This document shows positions 1 to 7,649 of a stretch of 64,000 nt of DNA, in pieces. The position numbers and the translations under genes were made by a program. Where the stretch lies: positions 320,001 through 384,000 of the forward strand of contig OZ241986.1 of assembly GCA_965204375.1 (NCBI GenBank), given 5' to 3'. How positions within the stretch are numbered: the stretch's first letter is position 1; each line of letters begins with the position of its first letter. Source of the stretch: Candidatus Latescibacterota bacterium (GTDB lineage Bacteria > Latescibacterota > UBA2968). The notes beneath the pieces were generated by a model. The model saw only the letters and a list, made by a program, of their open reading frames with translations, did no database searches and was not told where the DNA came from.

Positions 1-351
1 TCCCTACTAAATTCTTCTCTGGAATTATTTCAGCACGAGCTTGAACTCAAATATACCATGTTGCGGTATCTCGTCTGGCTGATTCCCACAATGGGGTTTA
101 TTGGCACGGTTGTGGGGATCGCCTTTGCGCTGGATTACGCGGCGAGTATTGAAAATCCCCAGGATCCGACACTGCTGGCGGAGATCACTGGACGATTGGG
201 CGTTGCGTTTTATACGACTTTACTCGCTCTGATTCAATCGGCACTGTTGGTCTTTGCACTGCATCTCGCGCAAGGTAGAGAAGAGATGGCCTTGAATCAA
301 TCAGGCCAGTACTGTTTGGATAATTTAATTAACCGACTTTATGAAAAATAG
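1..351 (+). CDS. MotA/TolQ/ExbB proton-channel family protein (5'-truncated by window edge)
   Basis: Frame open from base 1; LIPTMGFIGTVVGI and LGVAFYTTLLAL match the MotA/ExbB TM2-TM3 signature. Confidence 0.8.
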   Translation, partial: SLLNSSLELFQHELELKYTMLRYLVWLIPTMGFIGTVVGIAFALDYAASIENPQDPTLLAEITGRLGVAFYTTLLALIQSALLVFALHLAQGREEMALNQSGQYCLDNLINRLYEK

Positions 352-363
352 GAGGGTAGTGTT

Positions 364-1014
364 ATGCCTGTTTATCGCGGACCCGATGGCAAGATTATTG
401 AAGAGAAAACGAATAAAGGGGAAGATGTGACCCAGCAGACTGATAGGGCACAAAGGCCGATGCCACCGGCACCACCGGGCGGCGGTCAAGGTGCTGGTGA
501 TGGGCGTTTGGATGCACCTACTCAGAAGATGGATGCGAGTGGTTCTTCGTCTCCTGCAATCTCTGAAGAAAAGACCCGGGTTGTAGGAGGCCGTCGCAGG
601 CAGGAAGATCAGCAGCGTCTGGAAGAACGCGTTGAGAAAGCCGATGGTATGGATGATCCGGTTGTGGGATGGTTGGTTATTGTCGAAGGACCTGGAAAAG
701 GGCGGGCCATGCAATTGGGTTATGGTTCTAATTCGATTGGGCGTGGGGAAACTGATCGCATCAATCTCAATTTCGGTGATGATCAAATTTCGCGTGGCGG
801 ACATGCCGTTGTGACCTACGATCCCCGTGGCAGGAAGTTTTACGTGCAGCACGGCGGAGGTACCAACCTGACCTACCTCAATGACCAACCCGTGCTCATT
901 CCGATTGAACTACCCGTGCTGAGTCATATTAGCATCGGCAATACGGTTCTACGATTTGTGCCTTTGTGCGGCGATGCATTTGATTGGCAGGATATAGAAG
1001 AGAGTCAGGAATAG
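364..1014 (+). CDS. FHA domain protein (disordered N-terminus, C-terminal FHA)
   Basis: PVVGWLV..G..G, SIGR, ISRGGHA, GTNLTYLN FHA motifs; AGGAGG RBS. Confidence 0.9.
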   Translation: MPVYRGPDGKIIEEKTNKGEDVTQQTDRAQRPMPPAPPGGGQGAGDGRLDAPTQKMDASGSSSPAISEEKTRVVGGRRRQEDQQRLEERVEKADGMDDPVVGWLVIVEGPGKGRAMQLGYGSNSIGRGETDRINLNFGDDQISRGGHAVVTYDPRGRKFYVQHGGGTNLTYLNDQPVLIPIELPVLSHISIGNTVLRFVPLCGDAFDWQDIEESQE

Positions 1015-1188
1015 CGATTGTCATTGCGGTTCCTGGTACCCGTATAGAGTTACTACGGGATTTGGTTGAGTCGCCACGCATGCTTAAGGCAGGGCATAGA
1101 CATTACGACGTCAATAATCCAGTGGTTTTGGTTATCATTTTTTTTACGGACCAGCCAGTCATAAAAATACATTGTCAGGAGAAATGCT

Positions 1189-2715
1189 ATGAACGAAGCA
1201 CAACATCCCCTCAACGCTCTGCCCCAGGGCCACCGGCTCTATGAATACGAACTGGTACGCGTGCTGGGCTTTGGGGGATTTGGCATGACCTATCTCGGCT
1301 TTGACCACAACCTGGACAAAGCCGTTGCGATCAAGGAATATCTCCCATCCGATATTGCCACTCGTACAGGCGATAATAGCGTTGCTCCGCAAGCCAGCCA
1401 GTTTCGCGATGATTTTGAGTGGGGATTGGATCGTTTCTTGGATGAAGCGCGTGCCTTAGCCCGGTTCGATCATCGCCACATTATTAAGGTGCATCGTTTC
1501 TTTGAAGCACATGGTACGGCGTATATTGTGATGGAATATGCTGAAGGCGAGACTTTATCGGCGTTTTTGGAACGCAAAGGGACGTTGAAAGAATCTGAAC
1601 TCAAAGCCATTCTGTATCCGCTTCTCGATGGTCTGGAGGTGGTGCATCGGGCTGATTTTTTGCATCGGGATATCAAGCCTGGCAATATCATCATTCGGGA
1701 TGAGGATAATTCGCCAGTGTTGTTGGACTTTGGTTCAGCACGTCAGGCGATGGGAGCGAAGAGCCGTTCAGTTACGTCGATCATCACGCCGGGATATGCG
1801 CCAATAGAGCAGTATTCGAGTCGGGGAGATCAAGGTCCCTGGACGGACATTTATGCGTTGGGGGGAGCGTGCTACCGCGCATTGACGGATGAGGTTCCGG
1901 ATGATGCGACAGATCGTATGCGAGATGATCCCTTGATTCCAGTATCTGAGCGGTGCGCGGATCAAGCGAGTGCTGGATTTCTTTCGGCTATAGATTGGGC
2001 GTTGACAGTGGATGAAAGGGATCGTCCGCAAAGTATTGCAGAATGGCGTGCTGAGTTGAAGGAGGATTTAGCGGAAGCACCGGGGACAGAGAACATCCAG
2101 CCGCCAGTTACGGCATCTGCAACCGCACCCATAGAAGGTGGCTCTGACGACGCGCAGGCCCGATACACAGCAGTCCAGAGCAATTCCCAACCAGCACAGA
2201 TAAAGGTCCGCGCTGACGACGTGAGTCGCTTGAACAAGTGGTTTCTATGGTTTTGGATCGGCCTTTTAGCCGGCATTCCGCTCTCGGTAATCATACTCGG
2301 CTTCATAGCCATTATCGTTAGCCTCGTATGCGGTTGCTGTATCTTGCACAAACTGTGGTGCCTCATCCCTGCTCACGAAGCAAAAACAACACCGGGCAAA
2401 GCTATTGGGTTTCTTTTTATCCCATATTTTAACTTATACTGGAACTTCATCGCCATTTATGGTCTCGCCCAGGCCCTCAATAGTCAGATCAGGCAACGCG
2501 GAATAAAGAACAAAGGGGTTGGTGAAGGACTTAGTTTGATCTACTGTATCCTCGCCATAAGTGGCTTCCCCATACTTTTGCTGTCCGGTGCGTCTGAGTT
2601 CGGGATCGGGCTTACCATAATCATTATAATTACTGATTTTGTGTTCGGCATAATCATTCTCAAGCAAATGAAGAACACTGGTATCGCATTGATTGAAAAT
2701 CGTGCGGTAGAATAA
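1189..2715 (+). CDS. Ser/Thr protein kinase K1 with C-terminal multi-TM (DUF4328-like) module
   Basis: LGFGGFG, VAIKE, HRDIKPGN, DFG, TPGYAPIEQY; C-terminal hydrophobic helices with TPGKAIGFLFIPYFNLYW. Confidence 0.92.
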   Translation: MNEAQHPLNALPQGHRLYEYELVRVLGFGGFGMTYLGFDHNLDKAVAIKEYLPSDIATRTGDNSVAPQASQFRDDFEWGLDRFLDEARALARFDHRHIIKVHRFFEAHGTAYIVMEYAEGETLSAFLERKGTLKESELKAILYPLLDGLEVVHRADFLHRDIKPGNIIIRDEDNSPVLLDFGSARQAMGAKSRSVTSIITPGYAPIEQYSSRGDQGPWTDIYALGGACYRALTDEVPDDATDRMRDDPLIPVSERCADQASAGFLSAIDWALTVDERDRPQSIAEWRAELKEDLAEAPGTENIQPPVTASATAPIEGGSDDAQARYTAVQSNSQPAQIKVRADDVSRLNKWFLWFWIGLLAGIPLSVIILGFIAIIVSLVCGCCILHKLWCLIPAHEAKTTPGKAIGFLFIPYFNLYWNFIAIYGLAQALNSQIRQRGIKNKGVGEGLSLIYCILAISGFPILLLSGASEFGIGLTIIIIITDFVFGIIILKQMKNTGIALIENRAVE

Positions 2716-2748
2716 GCTGATTCTTGCGATAATCGCGGGATGCTATGA
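2711..2748 (+). repeat. Conserved inter-kinase leader motif, copy 1 (AATAAGCTGATTCTTGCGATAATCGCGGGATGCTATGA)
   Basis: Similar to copies at 3140-3174 and 7598-7649. Confidence 0.8.
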
Positions 2749-2895
2749 TCGGAGAACAATGATGGCAAGACGATGCGGATGAGACGTTGTTTGAATCGCT
2801 ACATCCGAAAGTTATACTGAGTCTTGATGTAAAAATCCATGACACGACATCCCCCTAAAAAGCTGGCAACATAAATAGAATCAGGAGAGCGCGTT

Positions 2896-3145
2896 ATGAA
2901 GCCAGGTGAAATAATTTTTGAAGGTCGAAGGCGGCTACAACGTCAGGGCTTTAGGCTACGGGATTTTTGCCCAGAGGGAAGATTGGGCCGACTTGAGGGC
3001 AATGGTAAAGGACGCGGCACTTTGACACTTTGATGAGGACGATATACCCAAAGTAATTGTCGCTGAGCATTTTGGACTAACTCCAGATGAAGTTCATCGT
3101 ACTGACAAGCTCAACGTTACGGTGTCCGATTCTAAAAAGAGCTGA
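2896..3145 (+). pseudogene. Decayed HicB-like antitoxin fused by deletion to a HicA-like toxin tail
   Basis: AGGAG RBS + MKPGEIIF; after a frameshift near 2920 reads VEGGYNVRALGYGIFAQREDWADLRAMVKDAAL*HFDEDDIPKVI (TGA 3023-3025), then VAEHFGLTPDEV. Confidence 0.7.
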
Positions 3146-3174
3146 TTTCTGAAATAATCGGAAATGCTATGAAC
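3140..3174 (+). repeat. Conserved inter-kinase leader motif, copy 2 (includes K2 start)
   Basis: AGCTGATTTCTGAAATAATCGGAAATGCTATGAAC. Confidence 0.8.
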
Positions 3175-4488
3175 AACGCACAACAACCTCTTAACGCTCT
3201 GCCCCAAGGCCACCGGCTCCAGGAATACGAACTGGTACGCGTGCTGGGCTTTGGGGGATTTGGCATGACCTATCTCGGCTTTGACCACAACCTGAACAAA
3301 GCCGTTGCGATCAAGGAGTACCTACCATCCGATATTGCCACCCGTACAGGCGATAACAGCGTCGCTCCACAGGCCAGCCAGTTTCAAAGTGATTTTGAGT
3401 GGGGGCTGGATCGTTTTTTAGATGAGGCACGCGCCTTAGCCCGGTTCGATCATCGCCACATTATTAAAGTGTATCGTTTCTTTGAGGCACATGGTACGGC
3501 GTATATCGTGATGGAATATGCTGAGGGTGAGACCTTGTCGGCGTTTCTTGAACGCAAAGGGACATTGAAGGAAGCTGAACTCAAAGTTATTTTGTATCCG
3601 CTTCTCGATGGTCTGGAGGTAGTGCATGGGGCAGATTTTTTGCATCGGGATATAAAGCCGGGCAATATCATCATTCGAGATGAGGACAATTCGCCCGTGT
3701 TGTTGGACTTTGGTTCAGCACGTCAGGCAATCGGTGCAAGGAGCCGTTCAATTACGTCAATCATCACGCCGGGTTATGCGCCAATAGAGCAGTATTCGAG
3801 TCGGGGAGATCAAGGCCCTTGGACGGATATCTATGCGTTGGGAGGCGTATGTTATCGCGCATTGACTGGTCAAGTGCCGGATGATGCGACAGATCGTATG
3901 CGGAATGATCCTTTGATTTCGGTGTCTGAGTGCTGTGCGGGTCAAGCGAGCGATGATTTTCTATCGGCGATAGATTGGGCTTTGGCAGTGGATGAAGAGG
4001 ATCGCCCACAAAGTATTACAGAATGGCGTGCTAAGTTGGGGGATGATTTGACAAAACAGGAGCCTGTGCCAGTATCGCAACAAAGGCGTCACCAGGACGA
4101 AAAGACCGTTGATGAGTTACCAAATCATCCGTCTGTAGAGGATGTACAAAAAATGTTATTGTCAGCAGGGTTAGCTGATGCAGCCAGGCAATTAGGGGTA
4201 TCTGCTAGAGAACTGGATTTTATAAGAAAAAAATATGGCCTTCAGTTGCCCAAACTCGTAGCGCAAAAAAAGACAGAAGGAGGAAATATTATGGCGGGAC
4301 AAGGTTCGGGCGGCAATGTTCTTGCTGCTTTGTGTAGCTTTTTTATTCCGGGTTTGGGCCAGTTGCTTCAGGGGCGTTTGCTCATTGCCCTTTTTCAATT
4401 TTTTTTGGCGGCCATCCTGTGGTTTATCTGGATGGGCTGGTTGATCCACCTGTGGTCTGTTCTGAACGCCGCTCGGTGGAGACCATGA
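3169..4488 (+). CDS. Ser/Thr protein kinase K2 with Fis-like HTH and C-terminal TM2-like membrane module
   Basis: Intact kinase motifs; DAARQLGVSARELDFIRKKYGL; tail SFFIPGLGQLLQGR. Confidence 0.92.
   Translation: MNNAQQPLNALPQGHRLQEYELVRVLGFGGFGMTYLGFDHNLNKAVAIKEYLPSDIATRTGDNSVAPQASQFQSDFEWGLDRFLDEARALARFDHRHIIKVYRFFEAHGTAYIVMEYAEGETLSAFLERKGTLKEAELKVILYPLLDGLEVVHGADFLHRDIKPGNIIIRDEDNSPVLLDFGSARQAIGARSRSITSIITPGYAPIEQYSSRGDQGPWTDIYALGGVCYRALTGQVPDDATDRMRNDPLISVSECCAGQASDDFLSAIDWALAVDEEDRPQSITEWRAKLGDDLTKQEPVPVSQQRRHQDEKTVDELPNHPSVEDVQKMLLSAGLADAARQLGVSARELDFIRKKYGLQLPKLVAQKKTEGGNIMAGQGSGGNVLAALCSFFIPGLGQLLQGRLLIALFQFFLAAILWFIWMGWLIHLWSVLNAARWRP
4291..4488 (+). CDS. Possible in-frame nested small membrane protein (65 aa, TM2-like)
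   Basis: AGGAGGA RBS immediately upstream of in-frame ATG MAGQGSGGNVLAALCSFFIPGLGQ. Confidence 0.5.
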   Translation: MAGQGSGGNVLAALCSFFIPGLGQLLQGRLLIALFQFFLAAILWFIWMGWLIHLWSVLNAARWRP

Positions 4489-4545
4489 TTGCAGGCGTTA
4501 ATACCGACAATCGCGCTCAGATAGAGCACACACAAGAGGAAGTAT

Positions 4546-5736
4546 ATGGATTTGTTAGATGGACGATTTGCCGCGCAGCAAATTCCTGGTGGGCGGGAAT
4601 ATCAGGAGGACGATTACGGCCTGATTGAGCCGGGTGATCCCGATGCTGACGGGAGTGAGGTGTTGTTGATAGCGGATGGGATGGGTGGACATGTCAGCGG
4701 CGATACGGCGAGCAGGACGGTGGTTAAGACCTTTGTGGAGACCTATCACAGCACGGATGGGCCGGTGCCGGATCGTCTGCGTGCCTGTCTCAACGCGGCC
4801 AATGATGCCCTCGCCGAAGCAATAAAAGAAAACCCGGAACTGGAGGGTATGGGATCCACTGTGGTTGCAGCAGTTGTTTCACAACACGGACTCGACTGGA
4901 TCAGTGTAGGCGATTCTCCCTTGTGGTTGTTCCGCGATGGCAAGTTGCGTCGCCTCAATGCCGATCATTCTATGGCGCCTGTGCTTGCGAATCTGGTAGC
5001 AGTTGGGCGCATGACTGAGGAAGAAGCGGCGACGGATCCCAAACGTCATGCCCTGCGCTCGGCGGTTATGGGCGATGAAATTCACCTGATTGATGTCTCA
5101 TCGCAACCTGTTGCGATTCGGAAAAGTGATCGCGTGTTATTGGCGAGTGATGGTTTAATGACACTTGAGGATGAGGAGATTGCAGGTGTTTTACAGAACA
5201 TGAAGGATGCATCCCTATCAGAAGTCGCCGAGGCACTCATCCAGGTGGTGGAAGAGGTCGGGTATCCAAATCAAGATAATACGACCGTGTTGCTCTATAC
5301 TCCGGTGGCGGATTGTGGGATGGAAACTGTTCTGGATGAGACTACACAGAAGCAATTTGACCAGTCTGAGCGACCAAGAAGAAAGAAGGGTTTGTTTTGG
5401 ATATTGTTATGCGGGGCCTTGATCGCTCTTGGACTACTCGCTTATTGGTTCATGTCGCGCACGCCTGACAAAGAGGCAGTGGTTGAAACCACACCGGTAC
5501 AGCAAGCAGAGCCACCTAAACAGGATGTTTCTCCACCCGCTACGAGAACTTCTGATTTGCCAGAGGTGCAACCCGGGAGCAAATTTCCACAGACAGAACG
5601 ACCCGCAAAGGATGCGCCAGCACAACTCGACACAGGCAAAGTGAATGGGGAATCACTAAAGAAAAAAACTGAAGGTGTCTCAGCGAAGCCATCAACACCA
5701 CCCGATACTACATCCCAATCGAAAGGAATGAGGTGA
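4546..5736 (+). CDS. PP2C/PPM-family protein phosphatase with C-terminal TM and Pro-rich tail
   Basis: GGREYQED, ADGMGGH, VGDS, ASDGL, QDNTT; TM LFWILLCGALIALGLLAYWF. Confidence 0.93.
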   Translation: MDLLDGRFAAQQIPGGREYQEDDYGLIEPGDPDADGSEVLLIADGMGGHVSGDTASRTVVKTFVETYHSTDGPVPDRLRACLNAANDALAEAIKENPELEGMGSTVVAAVVSQHGLDWISVGDSPLWLFRDGKLRRLNADHSMAPVLANLVAVGRMTEEEAATDPKRHALRSAVMGDEIHLIDVSSQPVAIRKSDRVLLASDGLMTLEDEEIAGVLQNMKDASLSEVAEALIQVVEEVGYPNQDNTTVLLYTPVADCGMETVLDETTQKQFDQSERPRRKKGLFWILLCGALIALGLLAYWFMSRTPDKEAVVETTPVQQAEPPKQDVSPPATRTSDLPEVQPGSKFPQTERPAKDAPAQLDTGKVNGESLKKKTEGVSAKPSTPPDTTSQSKGMR

Positions 5737-7571
5737 ACGACGCACACCACCGATTGGCACTGCCACAAGGTACTCGCATACAGGACTTTGAATTTCACCG
5801 CGTCTTAGGGCAAGGCGGTTTTGGCATCACCTATCTCGGCTGGAATATGGCACTGGATATTCCTGTGGCGATTAAAGAGTATTTGCCCTCGGACCTTGCG
5901 ACCCGTGAATACGACCTATCGGTGGTGCCGCAGTCATCTCAAGCCGCGTCGGATTTTGAGTGGGGACTGGATCGCTTTATAGATGAAGCGAGAATATTGG
6001 CGCGTTTCCACCATCCAAATATTGTTCGTGTGCATCATTTCTTTCAAGCGCACAGCACGGCGTATATCGTGATGGAATATGCCGAAGGTGAGACCTTGTC
6101 GGCATTTCTCGAACGCAAGGGGACACTGACTGAAACCGAACTCAAAGCCATTCTGTATCCGATTCTCGATGGATTGGAGGTGGTGCATCGGGCTGATTTT
6201 TTGCATCGTGACATCAAGCCGGGGAATATCATCATCCGGGATGGGGACGATTCGCCAGTGTTGTTGGACTTTGGTTCAGCGCGTCAGGCGATCAGTGCAA
6301 GGAGCCGTTCCGTTACGTCGATCATTACGCCGGGTTATGCGCCTATAGAACAGTATTCAAGTCGGGGTGATCAGGGTCCTTGGACGGACATCTATGCGTT
6401 GGGTGGTGTGTGTTATCGTGCATTGACTGGTGAAGTGCCGTATGATGCTACGGATCGTATGCGGAATGATCCACTCATTCCAGTAGTTGAGCGATGTGCA
6501 GACCAAACGAGCGCTGGGTTTCTATCGGCGATAGATTGGGCATTGGCTGTGGATGAGGGTGATCGACCGCAAAGTGTGGGAGCCTGGCGTGTTGCGCTGA
6601 AAAAAGAGACACCGGGCAACATGGATGTAGATACATCAGCTACAACATCTGTAACCGCTCCTCCATCAAAAGTACAGGATCGAAAAAGAGATGATGCCCC
6701 ACCTGTGCATCATCCCACCAAGTCCAAAGGAAAGTTATTTGTTTCGTTTGCCTGCGTGGTTGCTCTGTGGGCTTGTGCTATCTATTATTATCACTATGAA
6801 TATCTCCCCGATCAGCGTCACTGGGAGGAACAGGGAGTAGGCAGGAAATTCAGAGACTGTGCGAAATGTCCGCAGATGGTGGTGGTGTCATCGGAATCAT
6901 TTACGATGGGGTCTCTTAGTGGAGAGGAAGGCAGTAAAAATGATGAGAGTCCCCAGCATGTTGTGCGTATAGATTACAGGTTTGCCGTGGGTATGTATGA
7001 AGTAACCTTTGCTGAGTGGGATGCGTGCGTGTCAGATGGTGGTTGCGGAAGGTATGTTCCTGATGATGAGGGTTGGGGGCGTGGGAATCGTCCGGTAATA
7101 AATGTGAGTTGGGAGGATGCACAGTCTTATGTGCGCTGGTTGTCTGCAAGGACGGGGTATAATTATGGCTTACTGAGTGAGTCAGAATGGGAGTATGTAG
7201 CGCGAGCGGGGACGACGACGGCTTATAGCTGGGGGGATAATATAGGTCGGAGCCGCGCTAATTGTGACGGTTGTGGCAGTCAGTGGGATGGTGAGAAGAC
7301 AGCCTCAACAGGCTCATTTAGTGCCAACACTTGGGGCGTTTACGATATGCACGGGAATGTGTGGGAGTGGGTGGAGGACTGTTGGAACGACAGTTATATA
7401 GACGCACCTTCTGATGGGGCTGCGTGGGAAAGTGGCGATTGTTCTGAGCGCGTGTTGCGTGGCGGTTGCTGGTTCGACAAACCGAGTCTCCTCCGCTCGG
7501 CGGACCGCAGCAGGCTTACCACCGGACGCCGGGGCAGCTTCATCGGTTTTCGAGTTGCCCGGCGTTTTTAA
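5733..7571 (+). CDS. Ser/Thr protein kinase K3 with TM and FGE-sulfatase (C-type lectin fold) domain
   Basis: Kinase motifs; FRDCAKCPQMV, YEVTFAEW, PVINVSW, SEWEYVARAG, YDMHGNVWEW, RVLRGG..W, GFRVAR; GTG start overlaps PP2C stop. Confidence 0.93.
   Translation: MNDAHHRLALPQGTRIQDFEFHRVLGQGGFGITYLGWNMALDIPVAIKEYLPSDLATREYDLSVVPQSSQAASDFEWGLDRFIDEARILARFHHPNIVRVHHFFQAHSTAYIVMEYAEGETLSAFLERKGTLTETELKAILYPILDGLEVVHRADFLHRDIKPGNIIIRDGDDSPVLLDFGSARQAISARSRSVTSIITPGYAPIEQYSSRGDQGPWTDIYALGGVCYRALTGEVPYDATDRMRNDPLIPVVERCADQTSAGFLSAIDWALAVDEGDRPQSVGAWRVALKKETPGNMDVDTSATTSVTAPPSKVQDRKRDDAPPVHHPTKSKGKLFVSFACVVALWACAIYYYHYEYLPDQRHWEEQGVGRKFRDCAKCPQMVVVSSESFTMGSLSGEEGSKNDESPQHVVRIDYRFAVGMYEVTFAEWDACVSDGGCGRYVPDDEGWGRGNRPVINVSWEDAQSYVRWLSARTGYNYGLLSESEWEYVARAGTTTAYSWGDNIGRSRANCDGCGSQWDGEKTASTGSFSANTWGVYDMHGNVWEWVEDCWNDSYIDAPSDGAAWESGDCSERVLRGGCWFDKPSLLRSADRSRLTTGRRGSFIGFRVARRF
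7449..7571 (+). other. Putative DGR variable region at the 3' end of K3
   Basis: NNC codons at positions that are AAC (Asn) in typical CLec template repeats; 16 of 26 codons in 7467-7544 end in C. Confidence 0.55.
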
Positions 7572-7597
7572 CTCTTCCAAATGGTGCCCAATTTTAA

Positions 7598-7649
7598 AAT
7601 AAGCTGATTCTTGAAATAATCGGAAATGCGGAATAATAATGCTATGAAC
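7598..7649 (+). repeat. Conserved inter-kinase leader motif, copy 3 (includes K4 start)
   Basis: AATAAGCTGATTCTTGAAATAATCGGAAATGC..AATGCTATGAAC. Confidence 0.8.

Noticed and set aside
2745-2858. ORF starting at the first leader-motif ATG (MIGEQ*)
   Set aside because: Stops after five codons, and the read-through sequence is not recognisable.
364-7571. Type VI secretion locus (Fha/PppA/PpkA/TagR-like parts)
   Set aside because: No tss core genes in the window; upstream DNA is unseen, so this is kept only as an analogy.
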